Shown: positions 35,099 through 44,926, counted from the stretch's first letter. The stretch is 64,000 nt of DNA from Candidatus Pacearchaeota archaeon UBA73 (GCA_002496015.1 DAIF01000014.1:891-64890); one strand, 5' to 3'. A program made the numbers and translations. Notes: generated by a model not told the origin, from the letters alone.

Positions 35099-36466
35099 AT
35101 GAAAAAAGCAGGCTTGTTGTTGCTTTGCATAGTGTTGTTTTCTGTGAGCACTTTAGCCAGTCCTGACCTCGAGGTGGAAAAGGTGAATCTGAGGAATGTC
35201 GCGGTCACGGAGATTGGCAATCCAGTTTATTATGACCTTCTAATAAAAAATCTTGGTGGGGAAGATCAGTTCAGGATATTCACTTTGGTTGGAGTCCAGA
35301 TTGAACCGAGCGAATATGTAACTTTGCCGCCGGGAGAGACGAAGATAAAGATAGAAGCTAATCTGGGGAATAAGATTCTTAAAGAAAGGAAAGGTCTTCT
35401 TTCTTTTGAATATCAGATAAAGGGGCTAGAACGCGAGCTTTACAAGGACAAGCTACTTGTCAATATTGTTTCTTTGAAGGACATCCTTAATATTAATTAC
35501 CGCGATTTTCATCCAGCAGATAATCTGATAGAGGTCCACATCAACAATTCCGCGAATGTCGAGCTTAACAACTTAACTCTTATTCTTGATTCGGTTTTTT
35601 TCCGTGAATCTATTCCATTGGAGTTAGCACCATACGAGAACAAGTCTTTTTCAGTTTCGGTCAATCTGGACGGCAATGAGAAACTTGTCGCGGGCCCATA
35701 CATTGTTTCTGCAACGATTGTGACTGGCAGGGAAAACGTCAATCTCGATGGAATAATAAATTTCCTTGAGCGTGAAGGGACTTCGGTTGATGAGTCAACA
35801 CAGGGGTTAATAATCAGGACGAAGATTGTAACTAAGACAAACAAGGGCAATACGCCCGTGACGGCAGAGGTTAGTCTTACGAAAGATGCTATATCCAGAT
35901 TATTCACAACTCATTCTATTGAGCCAGTGTCGACGAGTCGCGAGGGTTTTTTTGTCGAGTATGTCTGGCGAAAGAGCCTGAATCCGGGCGAATCACTTAT
36001 CGTGACCTCGAGGACGAATTATACAGTGCCTTTCTTTGTAGCACTTTTTATAGTGGCAGTCGGAGTGCTTGTTAAGTTCTATTATTTAAAAGCAGTATAT
36101 ATCAGGAAGAGGGTCTCGCTTGTCAGGACGAAGGGCGGCGAGTTTGCGTTGAGGGTTGTTCTAAAAGTGAAGGCGAGAAAGAGTGTTGAGGGCTTGCAGT
36201 TGATAGATTCTCTACCTGGGATGACCAAGCTTTATGAAAACTTCGGGAAACAGCCGGATAAAATAGAGAAAGATGCCCGAAGATTAGTCTGGAACGTGGG
36301 GCATTTACGAAGAGGAGAGGAGAGAGTCTATTCTTATGTGATGTATTCAAAGCTTAAAGTTGTCGGGCGGCTTGAGCTGCCGCAGGCGTTTGCTATATTC
36401 AAGAAGGAAGGGAAGGTGGGAGAGGTTTATTCCAACCGTACGTATTTTGCGATTGAGGGGAGTTAG
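35099..36466 (+). CDS. Secreted or surface protein with an N-terminal signal peptide and a C-terminal TM anchor
   Basis: MKKAGLLLLCIVLFSVSTLA signal, a beta-rich ectodomain with CARDB-like segments, and TM VPFFVALFIVAVGVLV near residue 300. Confidence 0.45.
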   Translation: MKKAGLLLLCIVLFSVSTLASPDLEVEKVNLRNVAVTEIGNPVYYDLLIKNLGGEDQFRIFTLVGVQIEPSEYVTLPPGETKIKIEANLGNKILKERKGLLSFEYQIKGLERELYKDKLLVNIVSLKDILNINYRDFHPADNLIEVHINNSANVELNNLTLILDSVFFRESIPLELAPYENKSFSVSVNLDGNEKLVAGPYIVSATIVTGRENVNLDGIINFLEREGTSVDESTQGLIIRTKIVTKTNKGNTPVTAEVSLTKDAISRLFTTHSIEPVSTSREGFFVEYVWRKSLNPGESLIVTSRTNYTVPFFVALFIVAVGVLVKFYYLKAVYIRKRVSLVRTKGGEFALRVVLKVKARKSVEGLQLIDSLPGMTKLYENFGKQPDKIEKDARRLVWNVGHLRRGEERVYSYVMYSKLKVVGRLELPQAFAIFKKEGKVGEVYSNRTYFAIEGS

Positions 36467-37068
36467 GATTTGGAGACTATTAATATGTCTTCATCTGTTC
36501 CGATTGATTTTCTAGCCTTATCAAAAATATCTTTTCTTATTGCTTGGAATGGAATGAGTTTATCAAAACTGGGGTTGTGAACATAAATGTTTTCTTGGTC
36601 ATATCCGACGATTGGCAGAAAATGGCCGCGATATTGTCCAGTGTTTTTATTTTCAATTACATTCCAATCTATTAGCACAATCGGCAGACTGTTTTCAGTT
36701 ACGAATTTTAGGATTCCATTTAATTCTAATGAAACTTGCTTCATCTTTACCTTAAGTTCTTCTGCTCTTTTGAGCCAGTTGTCAAACTTGTTTTGGTCCA
36801 TAGAGTCGTGTTCTTTATAATAATCAAGTTCGCTATTTTCTTCATTGTAAGCCAGAGTTTTTGTGAATAGTTTTGTGTTATAACCCAGCGCTGCGGAAGA
36901 GACTGCTAGTTGGATAGTGTTAGTTCCTTCTTTTCCAGTTCTCCCTGTTTCTTTTTCAAAAATTTCTATTCCCAAGTCTTTATCTAAGAAAGCTACAGCC
37001 ATTCTCAGTGCGGACGGTCCGCAATTGTAAAAGGTTGTTTGTTTAAAAAAAGGCACGTCTAATTTCAT
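36463..37068 (-). CDS. C39-like papain-fold cysteine peptidase
   Basis: FFKQTTFYNCGPSALRMAVAFL (Q...CG catalytic Cys region) and HFLPIVGYD (His). I chose the start at MKLDVPFF, 2 nt after the cdc48 stop. Confidence 0.55.
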   Translation of the reverse strand: MKLDVPFFKQTTFYNCGPSALRMAVAFLDKDLGIEIFEKETGRTGKEGTNTIQLAVSSAALGYNTKLFTKTLAYNEENSELDYYKEHDSMDQNKFDNWLKRAEELKVKMKQVSLELNGILKFVTENSLPIVLIDWNVIENKNTGQYRGHFLPIVGYDQENIYVHNPSFDKLIPFQAIRKDIFDKARKSIGTDEDILIVSKS

Positions 37069-37069
37069 T

Positions 37070-39364
37070 TTATCCTGCGTAGAGTGGACCTGTCTCGAGA
37101 CCTGCTTTTGCGCGTTTGAGATAGTAATCTTCAATCTTCTTATAACGCTGAGCTGTCTCAGTCGAGACCGACGGCTTGACTTTTCTGAACGCCTCGTCGA
37201 TATCTTCCTTGGATACTTCTTTGGCTTCTTTGTCTTTTCGGAGTGCATTAAGCGCAGCCTCTCTAATAAGAGCTTCTATATCGGCTCCCACGTAACCTTC
37301 AGTTTGTTTTACCATGTCAAAAAGTTTCACATCCTTAGCCAATGGTGTGTTTTTTGTGTGGATTTTGAAGATTTCCATCCTCGATTCTTCGTCAGGGACA
37401 TCTGCCAAGATTATCCTGTCGAACCGGCCTGGACGCAAGAGCGCCGGGTCGAGCATGTCAGGGCGGTTGGTCGCGCCGATTATCGTGACGTCTTTTAGAC
37501 CTTCCAATCCATCGATTTCTGCAAGCAATTGGTTTAGAACTCTTTCAGTAACTTTGCTACCCTGCTCAATTCCGCGCTTTCCTGCGAGCGCATCTATTTC
37601 GTCGAAGAAAATCACACAAGGAGCAACTTGTCTTGCCCGCTCGAAAACTTTTCTTACACCTTCTTCTGATTTTCCGACCCACATGCTTAACAACGAAGGA
37701 CCTTTGACCTGAATGAAGTTTGCTTCTGATTCCTTAGCGACGGCTTTTGCGAGCAGAGTCTTTCCTGTTCCGGGAGGACCGTAAAGCAAAATGCCTCTTG
37801 GAGCGCGGATTCCGAGTCTTGCAAATGCTTCTGGTCTTTGTATTGGCCATTCCACAGCTTCCTTAAGTTCCTGTTTTGTTCTTTCCATTCCGCCGATGTC
37901 GTTCCAGCCGATGTTTGGCGCCTCGACGAAGACTTCTCTCATCGCACTTGGGCGGACTACCTTGAGCGCTTCTTCAAAATCTTCCAGCCGGATTATTGCC
38001 TTGTCCAGAACTTCCGGAGGAATTGGTTCCTCTTCTTCAAGCTTTAAAGAAGGAAGCATTTTTCTTAGGACGTTCATAGCAGCTTCTTTTGTCAGAGCTG
38101 AGAGGTCCGCGCCGACGAAGCCATGCGTGCGCGCTGCGAGATCTTCAAGATTTACATTTCTAGCGAGAGGCATATTTCTTGTATGAATTTTTAAGATGTC
38201 TAATCTGCCTTTTTTATCTGGAACAGAAATTTCAATCTCCCGATCAAACCTTCCCGGTCTGCGGAGTGCGGGATCAACCGAATTCACGCGATTCGTCGCG
38301 CCGATAACAATCACTTTTCCGCGGGATTTCAGACCGTCCATCATCGTCAATAATTGTGAGACAACTCTTCGTTCCACTTCGCCCTGAACATCTTCACGTT
38401 TCGGGGCTATCGCATCTATTTCGTCGAAGAAAATTATTGAAGGAGCATTTTTTTCAGCGTCTTCGAAAATGTCCCTGATCTTTTTTTCAGATTCGCCGTA
38501 GAATTTTGACATTACTTCCGGACCGTTAAGCAGGATGAAGTTTGCTTCTGATTCATTGGCTACGGCTTTTGCGAGCAGAGTCTTTCCTGTTCCGGGAGGA
38601 CCGTGGAGAAGAACACCTTTTGGAGGATCTATTCCCAGCTTCTGGAAAATCTCTGGGTGTTTGAGGGGAAGCTCGACCATTTCTCTTATTTTCTTAATCT
38701 CATCTTCCATGCCTCCGACGTCTTCGTAAGCGATGTCTGGGATAGCGTCGTCAGACACTTCAACAGATTTTGGATTGAGAATTATTTCAGTATCTTCATT
38801 GATGAAACAATGCTGTGCAGGGGTGGTGTTCACTACGACGAATCTTATCTGCTGGAAACTGCCTGGAAAACCATGGTTGAACAGGTCTTGGAGGTCTCCA
38901 AAGAAGTCCGGTAATCCTTCTCCGCCCATGAGGTCTTTTCGCCTCTGGACTCCGCCCAAAGAAATTATGTCCCCTTTAGTTATTGGTCTGCCGAGTAATC
39001 CGTTTCTAAGCATTTCGGGATCTGCCTGGACAGTAATGCCCTGCTGAGCTGGAGCAATAGCTACCTTTGTGGCGGGTTTGACTCCTGCTTTTTTTACCTC
39101 GACTTGTTCACCCACACTGACGCGCGCGTTTTTTCTTATAAGGCCGTCAATTCTGATTATGTTCTCGCCTACATCTGCAGGATAAGCGCGATCGACAATC
39201 GCGAGTGTTTCTCTTTGTCCCTTGATTGAGATTATGTCTCCTCTCGCCAGGCCCATTTCCCTCATTAGTTGAGGATCGATTCTTGCAACGCCCTTGTAAA
39301 CGTCGTCTTGTAAAGATTCAACTACCTTCAATCTTATTTGCGGGATGTTATTTAGTTTTACCAT
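37070..39364 (-). CDS. cdc48: CDC48/VCP-like AAA+ ATPase
   Basis: N-terminal CDC48 domain plus two AAA modules, each with [15 protein letters not shown] Walker A, DEID Walker B and second region of homology (SRH) motifs. Confidence 0.95.
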   Translation of the reverse strand: MVKLNNIPQIRLKVVESLQDDVYKGVARIDPQLMREMGLARGDIISIKGQRETLAIVDRAYPADVGENIIRIDGLIRKNARVSVGEQVEVKKAGVKPATKVAIAPAQQGITVQADPEMLRNGLLGRPITKGDIISLGGVQRRKDLMGGEGLPDFFGDLQDLFNHGFPGSFQQIRFVVVNTTPAQHCFINEDTEIILNPKSVEVSDDAIPDIAYEDVGGMEDEIKKIREMVELPLKHPEIFQKLGIDPPKGVLLHGPPGTGKTLLAKAVANESEANFILLNGPEVMSKFYGESEKKIRDIFEDAEKNAPSIIFFDEIDAIAPKREDVQGEVERRVVSQLLTMMDGLKSRGKVIVIGATNRVNSVDPALRRPGRFDREIEISVPDKKGRLDILKIHTRNMPLARNVNLEDLAARTHGFVGADLSALTKEAAMNVLRKMLPSLKLEEEEPIPPEVLDKAIIRLEDFEEALKVVRPSAMREVFVEAPNIGWNDIGGMERTKQELKEAVEWPIQRPEAFARLGIRAPRGILLYGPPGTGKTLLAKAVAKESEANFIQVKGPSLLSMWVGKSEEGVRKVFERARQVAPCVIFFDEIDALAGKRGIEQGSKVTERVLNQLLAEIDGLEGLKDVTIIGATNRPDMLDPALLRPGRFDRIILADVPDEESRMEIFKIHTKNTPLAKDVKLFDMVKQTEGYVGADIEALIREAALNALRKDKEAKEVSKEDIDEAFRKVKPSVSTETAQRYKKIEDYYLKRAKAGLETGPLYAG

Positions 39365-39729
39365 CTTTCTTTTCTCTCCTGGTCAGTAAATGATAAGCTG
39401 ACTCTGCCGAAATCCTCAAGACATAGTTTTACCATGTCATTAACATGAGTAGACATACTTTTATTCATGTCATTGATGAAATCGATAATTTCCTTTGGGA
39501 TGCTTATCGCGTGACTGTTACCTACGACTCTCAGTTTGACATTATAAGTCTTTTGTTTCAGATTATTGAAGCTTTCTAACTTGTGGAGGTCGGTTGGATG
39601 GATGATTTTTTCATTACATTCCGGACATTTGATTGCTCTTAATCTGAAGCCCCCTCTAAATACTTCGGATGGTTGCATTTGGACGTTACAGTGTTCACAT
39701 AAAATTTTAGCATCGAATATATCTTTCAT
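39358..39729 (-). CDS. Zinc-ribbon plus AbrB/SpoVT (swapped-hairpin)-like DNA-binding protein
   Basis: CEHCN...CPECN Zn ribbon, and VKLRVVGNSHAISIPKEIIDF resembling AbrB/MazE-type motifs. I chose the start at MKDIFD (39729). The 3' end overlaps the cdc48 start by 7 nt. Confidence 0.4.
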   Translation of the reverse strand: MKDIFDAKILCEHCNVQMQPSEVFRGGFRLRAIKCPECNEKIIHPTDLHKLESFNNLKQKTYNVKLRVVGNSHAISIPKEIIDFINDMNKSMSTHVNDMVKLCLEDFGRVSLSFTDQERKERW

Positions 39730-39750
39730 GGATATACATGAAGTATATAC

Positions 39751-39758
39751 TATATAAA
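39751..39758 (-). promoter_or_regulatory. Putative TATA box for the AbrB-like/cdc48/C39 operon
   Basis: The minus-strand TTTATATA lies about 22-29 nt upstream of the ATG at 39729. Confidence 0.3.
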
Positions 39759-39975
39759 TGTTTTGTTTGGTTGGGTTGTTGAAATCTTTCTTGCGCAGTT
39801 TCAGATTCCCACTTTGGATTTCTCTTACAAAGAAAAACTCTCTTAATCCCCTCTCCCTAGATTTAAGTAAAACAAACTCCGGACAGAGCCTTCTAATACA
39901 AAAGTTTAAATCTTTTGAGACATGAGTTATCACGAAGAGGGCATACGAAACGTTTAAAAAAAGTCGGTTCGTAAG

Positions 39976-40695
39976 ATGAAAATGTTTTTTGGCAAGAAAA
40001 ATAATCTGAAGATGAGAAAGTGTGAAGAATGTGGTAGTCGCAGCGAGGAGAAGTTCAGTTTTTGTCCATTCTGTGGGAATAGTTTTTTTGATTCTAAAAA
40101 AGAAAGAGCAGATTACGGTCTATTAGGCAGAGATGATTTTGTAGAAAATGACGATTCACCTTTTGAGAATATGGGTATGATGGACAAGCTTGTTAATTCG
40201 ATGGTAAACAGCATGATGAAAAATCTTGACCGACAGTTCAAAGAACAGTTCAAGGACATCGAGAAAGATCTGAGCAGGGCGGAAGTTAAGACGTTTCCGA
40301 ATGGGATCAGGATAAAGATTTCCGGACCTTTTCCGGGTGCGATGCCGCAGCCAATGGTAAAGCCGAAGCCAAAGAAAGTCGTGAGGGCTGAGAAACACGA
40401 AGTGAATGAAACGCAACTGAAGAAAATGGGAAATTTGCCTCGGGCAAAGGCAAAGACTTCTGTGAGAAGATTTGGCAACAAAATTGTTTACGAACTATCG
40501 ACGCCGGGAGTTATCTCCGTTGAAGATGTTTTTGTTTCAAGGCTTGAAAGTGGATATGAAATCAAAGCAATCGGAGACAAGAAAATTTATGTGAACTCCG
40601 TGCCAATAAATCTACCATTAAAGAAGTTTTCAATAATGAACAACAAGTTGCTTGTTGAATTCCTTGCAGAACATCCACAGCAGGGTTTTGAATAA
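39976..40695 (+). CDS. Zinc-ribbon protein with a C-terminal Hsp20/alpha-crystallin-like domain
   Basis: CEECG...CPFCG at the N-terminus. The C-terminal KIVYELSTPGVISVEDVFVSRLESGYEIKAIGDKKIYVNSVPIN resembles an alpha-crystallin domain beta-sandwich. Confidence 0.3.
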   Translation: MKMFFGKKNNLKMRKCEECGSRSEEKFSFCPFCGNSFFDSKKERADYGLLGRDDFVENDDSPFENMGMMDKLVNSMVNSMMKNLDRQFKEQFKDIEKDLSRAEVKTFPNGIRIKISGPFPGAMPQPMVKPKPKKVVRAEKHEVNETQLKKMGNLPRAKAKTSVRRFGNKIVYELSTPGVISVEDVFVSRLESGYEIKAIGDKKIYVNSVPINLPLKKFSIMNNKLLVEFLAEHPQQGFE

Positions 40696-40732
40696 TAGGC
40701 TGTTGGAGTCTTTTTAGAACGTATTCATTTTA

Positions 40733-41260
40733 TTAAATTTGTGAGACCGCTTTTTCTACTATGTTTTTGAAATTATCTTTTGCTCCTTTTTTTGAGAAAT
40801 ATTCTATGACCTGAATGTCTCTACCATTATTTTTTGTGCCATACTCTTTTTGTTTTTCTAATGGCAAGTCATCGGGAATTACAGACACAGTCACAGAGCT
40901 GGCTACCTTGCGCAGCGAAGCAGAAAAACCTTTTAGATTGATTATTGTAATGATTGGAGAAGAATCTAACTGCTTGGAGAAATTCCATGTAGAAGAATTT
41001 GTAAAGGTCTTATTAATATCGTAGATAAATGTTTCAATCTCCTCTTTTGGAAGAAGGTCTATTCTCAAATAAACCTCATTGGCTTGGCTTGAAAACTTCA
41101 TCTCGCCTTTTTTCCCAGGTTGGACGTGAACGATTTGGGTTTGAGGAGAAATGATTATTCTATCAGGATTAGAAATGAAATATCTTTCTTTCGCTTTTAT
41201 GAAACAATATGTTTTAACACCATAGTGGAAAACAAAATTGTAGTACTCGCCTTTTTTCAT
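40733..41260 (-). CDS. Hypothetical protein
   Basis: A 175-aa ORF with no motif. Confidence 0.35.
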   Translation of the reverse strand: MKKGEYYNFVFHYGVKTYCFIKAKERYFISNPDRIIISPQTQIVHVQPGKKGEMKFSSQANEVYLRIDLLPKEEIETFIYDINKTFTNSSTWNFSKQLDSSPIITIINLKGFSASLRKVASSVTVSVIPDDLPLEKQKEYGTKNNGRDIQVIEYFSKKGAKDNFKNIVEKAVSQI

Positions 41261-41406
41261 GCTATTTAAAATGCCTGATTGTTTTTATTTCTTGCTAAAG
41301 ATAATAGCTTGTTGAAAATTGTGCGAGTTATAATAAACCTCTTGCTCTAGGACTCGCGTAGAATAATTCATGTGAAGTACATCAACTCTGGACACGCATC
41401 TGAATA

Positions 41407-41565
41407 AGCTCTGTTGAAAAAGTAGGAACTGCAGGTTTATTAAAATTTGGGGCGAAGGGATTAGGAGGGACAGGGAGGGTTTTCGACTTGAGCAATACGA
41501 AAGTCGAATCCAAAGTGGGAATCTGAAACCTGCGCAAGAGAGATTTTCAACAGAACCCGCTGAAT
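41407..41565. mobile_element. Family B MITE-like repeat, complete copy with TIRs (GCTCTGTTGAAAA ... TTTTCAACAGAAC)
   Basis: The 5' end AAGCTCTGTTGAAAAAGTAGGAACTGCAGG is followed by the internal core AAAATTTGGGGCGAAGGGATTAGGAGGGACAGGGAGGGTTTTCGAC, which matches 62462-62510. The 3' end is an inverted copy. Confidence 0.65.
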
Positions 41566-41788
41566 AATAAGGTTTATTAAGGATAATTTTAAGGTGCGGA
41601 TATGGAAAAAAAGGATGAACTGCAGGAAGAACACGAGAATGACATCTTAGATGTATTCGAAGATGGGGCGCTTGACGAAATTGATGAGAATTAATGTAAT
41701 TACAGAATAGTAACATATAGAAATGTTTAAATAGTGTAATACCATTACAAAGTAGTATAAAATACCCCGATGGGGCAGGAAATCAGAA

Positions 41789-42114
41789 ATGGACAAAACA
41801 ACAGCAGAGTTTAGTGAAGGAGATGTATTTGAAAGTTTGCCAGGACGATTATTTATTTGTAGAGTCACAAGAAAATATCGTGAGCCCGGCTTTTTTTGGA
41901 CGGTCCTCCAAAAAACGTTCTGGAATGTGAATGTTTGGATGTTGAAAAGAGAATGGTTAGATGTGGAGAATTAGAAGTTCCTTCGGAGTGCTATAATTTG
42001 ATTAAAGTCGGCGCTATCATTCCTGTGAGAGATTTTGATAACAATGAGAAAGGTATGTCCATTATGCCCACGCCTTTTGCTTATGCTGGAGTGGAGGAGC
42101 AGTTGCCTAATTAA
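41789..42114 (+). pseudogene. Small gene split by a frameshift at a T7 homopolymer (61-aa plus 72-aa ORFs). The fused product would be about 133 aa with a Cys-rich segment.
   Basis: ORF 41789-41974 and ORF 41896-42114 overlap in different frames around GGCTTTTTTTGGACGG. Adding one T gives a continuous ORF MDKTT...REPGFFLDGPPKNVLECECLDVEKRMVRCGELEVPSEC.... Confidence 0.3.
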
Positions 42115-42115
42115 G

Positions 42116-43078
42116 ATGAAACAAAAAATGAAAAATGCTACAATGGATTTTCCTCATCAAGGAAGGGTTTTGATAGCTGCGCATCCGTTTTATAGTCCTA
42201 AAAGCTCTCTGGCTCTACAAAGAGAAATCAGGAAAGATGGGCTGCTTGAGGCGACTGCTTCGGAAGTAGTTTCATTTGTTAGAAAATATTTTAATGGAAA
42301 AAAATCTCGAGCAAGGGACGTTACATGGATTATGAGAAATGGGGGTTTCAGAGGATTCACAGGAATTTTATATGATCCAGCAACACGACTTGTTTCATTT
42401 TTAGATAGACCAGTCTTCAATGATGCTGGCTTTGTTGATATAGGCAATCTTGTTCAAAGAGTCCGCGACGGAGATTTCTATGCTCAAGTTCCATTTAAGC
42501 ATGCAAAATCAAATGTTATTTCCTGGAATAAAGTTGCAAAGTATCCTTATCTTGTTGCGTGGGCTGGCGGACAAGAAGGTGCTGAAAAACTTGCAGACTT
42601 GGCTTCAAAGCATCCTAAAAAGGCAGTTCAATTATGGGTTCCAGACGTTTCACTACTATCAGAAGAAAACCGCCTCCTAGCAACCATTACCGGCTTGGGC
42701 TCCTACCAGGGCGGTTCTGAGCTCAGCTGCGGGGACTGGTACTTGGACCTCGTTTACCATGCGTTCGGGTTATATCGCGGCGCTGCCGAGGGTAGTGCGC
42801 TCGAAAAACCAAAAGAAACTTTGGTTCCCAAATTTAGGGATGATTCCTTTGGACTAATCGCACAAGTTCGCTCTGCCAGGGAGGAAATATATACCGGAGG
42901 GTTAGGAGAAATTCCCGGTAGGTTGAGAGCGATTGGACGACAATTCTCTACATTAAGAGAAACTGCATCGCAGTATTCGGGAGAAGCGCATCAAGAAGTA
43001 AGAGGATATTTGAAGGCTGTGCAGAATTCTATTGATGCTCTTTATCAGGCATTGGAGGACCTTAATAATAAAAGATGA
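42116..43078 (+). CDS. Hypothetical protein (321 aa)
   Basis: Starts 2 nt after the previous stop. No motif assigned. GRVLIAAHPFY / LVAWAGGQEGAEKLADLA suggests a Rossmann-like nucleotide-binding fold. Confidence 0.4.
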   Translation: MKQKMKNATMDFPHQGRVLIAAHPFYSPKSSLALQREIRKDGLLEATASEVVSFVRKYFNGKKSRARDVTWIMRNGGFRGFTGILYDPATRLVSFLDRPVFNDAGFVDIGNLVQRVRDGDFYAQVPFKHAKSNVISWNKVAKYPYLVAWAGGQEGAEKLADLASKHPKKAVQLWVPDVSLLSEENRLLATITGLGSYQGGSELSCGDWYLDLVYHAFGLYRGAAEGSALEKPKETLVPKFRDDSFGLIAQVRSAREEIYTGGLGEIPGRLRAIGRQFSTLRETASQYSGEAHQEVRGYLKAVQNSIDALYQALEDLNNKR

Positions 43079-43230
43079 AACAAAAAATAAGTATTTCGAT
43101 TGAGGAAGAGAAAGTAAGGAAGTTGGATGAGTTGCTTAAGACGAGCAAGTTTAGAAATAAATCTCATGCTGTTGAAGTTGCACTTGAGAAATTGCTGTCG
43201 CAGGAGGGTGAACATGAGACAAAGCGATGA
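43075..43230 (+). CDS. Ribbon-helix-helix (CopG/Arc-like) small protein, antitoxin-like
   Basis: MKQKISISIEEEKVRKLDELLKTSKFRNKSHAVEVALEKLL has the typical RHH beta-strand plus two helices. An ATGA overlaps the upstream stop, and 17 nt overlap the downstream gene. Confidence 0.5.
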   Translation: MKQKISISIEEEKVRKLDELLKTSKFRNKSHAVEVALEKLLSQEGEHETKR

Positions 43231-43579
43231 GCAGTTTCACGAGAAAGCAGACAACTGTTTTGGGCGTATAATTGAGTATGACTCGGACAAAGGAGTCGGC
43301 GTGCTGGAGTTTGAAAACAACAGGATTAATATTCTCTACGACGATGGAAGGCAGCAAGTTATAGACAAATTAACTCTGCCAAATAAGTATTTAGTGGCAA
43401 TTTCAGTTACTGCAAGAGTTGGCAGAGAAATGGCGAGGGAATTAGGAGGGGTTGATGAAGTTTATTCTTTCAGGAAAGGAGAGAGGTTATATTACAATTC
43501 AAAGTTGATGAGGGCTCTTTTAGCCAAAAGACTTACTGGCGTCAGGTCAATAGACGTAACTGTAGAAACTCCAAAATAA
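43214..43579 (+). CDS. Hypothetical 121-aa protein, putative partner of the RHH protein
   Basis: MRQSDEQFHEKADNCFGRIIEY... with no PIN/RelE/HicA-type motif recognised. It is translationally coupled to the RHH gene. Confidence 0.4.
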   Translation: MRQSDEQFHEKADNCFGRIIEYDSDKGVGVLEFENNRINILYDDGRQQVIDKLTLPNKYLVAISVTARVGREMARELGGVDEVYSFRKGERLYYNSKLMRALLAKRLTGVRSIDVTVETPK

Positions 43580-43621
43580 GATAACAGGTAAAATGATTTT
43601 GCGAAGACAAATGAGAAAATT

Positions 43622-44542
43622 TTAGTGAGAGATTTTTCTTGCAGTTGCCCTTGCCTTTCCGAAGTTCGTTTCACTTTCGTATGATTCGGTATCTCCTTGA
43701 AATATACTCCTTGATGTCCCTTTGCTGTAGAAGTTGTCCCCAGTTATTATTTCTGATTTGCCTATCCAGACACCTGAAGCAGGGCCGTATTTACGAGTTA
43801 TCTCTCCAAATGAGACGATTGGTTTTTCTAATCCATCAGCATATCTTCTCATTATTTGCAGAGTATGATACATTCCGTCTTTTGGACTCCAACCTGTGAT
43901 TGAATGAGTTGTGAGATAAAATTGATTTGGACCAAGTCTGGGCTGTTGTTCGTCCAATGGTCCTCCGCGAAGAAACCAACCATTTTCGATTAATCTGTTC
44001 CTGCCCGTTCCTTTAGTCTTCATTGTTTGACCTGTAGTCAGCATCATCTTGCCTGTGAATTCCCATTTTCCTACTATTTGTTCCAATCTTTTAACTTCAA
44101 TAGGCATTTCTCCGGAAGTGTCCAAGCCCAAATAATGTGCAAATATTTGAGGGTTTTCTATTGCTTCATTCACTCTGTCTCCGAGCTCCCGATAACCAAG
44201 GGGCTCGCCTTCGAATTGCGCGCGGGCTACGGGTTTATCTTTGTTTTTCTCTGCTACGGATGCTAGGGTTCTGCTGAATTGAACTATCTGCATCATTTTT
44301 TGAGCGTCATTACCTCTTGCCGCCGCAGGTATTCCATAGGCATTTGCTGCAACAATGGCGATTGCTCCAATCAAGCTAAGAGTTTTCTCAGAATCAAATT
44401 CTCTGTGATATCCTACAATTCTGTTATGTTCATCATAAGTTGGTTGAAAAGAAGTGCATCCTGTTTGAACGGGCATTAGTAATGCTGATAGACCTGTAAG
44501 CGCCACAACTGTTGTTCTTTGAATTAATCCGGGTTTTCGCAT
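43622..44542 (-). CDS. Hypothetical secreted or lipoprotein-like protein
   Basis: Hydrophobic N-terminus VVALTGLSALLMPVQTGCTS with a Cys after the signal-like segment. Confidence 0.4.
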   Translation of the reverse strand: MRKPGLIQRTTVVALTGLSALLMPVQTGCTSFQPTYDEHNRIVGYHREFDSEKTLSLIGAIAIVAANAYGIPAAARGNDAQKMMQIVQFSRTLASVAEKNKDKPVARAQFEGEPLGYRELGDRVNEAIENPQIFAHYLGLDTSGEMPIEVKRLEQIVGKWEFTGKMMLTTGQTMKTKGTGRNRLIENGWFLRGGPLDEQQPRLGPNQFYLTTHSITGWSPKDGMYHTLQIMRRYADGLEKPIVSFGEITRKYGPASGVWIGKSEIITGDNFYSKGTSRSIFQGDTESYESETNFGKARATARKISH

Positions 44543-44575
44543 AAAATTGTGGAGAATTAAGTTTTATAAAGTTTT

Positions 44576-44926
44576 CTAGAAAGCTTCTTCCTGAATCTCT
44601 TCCTTTTTGGGTTTTGACTTGGGGGAAGAATCCTCTTTTTGTCCGGAAGACAGTTTTGCTTGTTCAGTCATCTCAAGATCTTTTTCGTTAATTGAGTTAA
44701 TTGCCTGTTTAAATGCCTTGAAGTGTTCTGCAGGAATTCGGGTGCCTGCTTTGGTGAACCCGGTGTATCTCTCTGATTTGACAAACTCCCGAATTGTTAA
44801 ACCTATTTTGCCCCCAAAATCATCTATGCGTATAACAATGTCAGTATCAGGATTTTTTGGAATTCTGTCAATGTCTTTCTCCATTTTTTTGTTAAATGAG
44901 TTTTCTATATAAATCTTAGTGTTCAT
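44576..44926 (-). CDS. PC4/Sub1-like single-stranded DNA-binding protein
   Basis: DIVIRIDDFGGKIGLTIREFVKSERYTGFTKAGTRIPAEHFKAFKQAI matches the PC4 C-terminal domain pattern. Confidence 0.5.
   Translation of the reverse strand: MNTKIYIENSFNKKMEKDIDRIPKNPDTDIVIRIDDFGGKIGLTIREFVKSERYTGFTKAGTRIPAEHFKAFKQAINSINEKDLEMTEQAKLSSGQKEDSSPKSKPKKEEIQEEAF

Noticed and set aside
37304-39047. Multiple 60-130 aa ORFs on the plus strand inside cdc48 (37304-39047)
   Set aside because: They are antisense to a high-confidence AAA+ ATPase gene and are Ser/Arg-rich with odd composition, typical of shadow ORFs.
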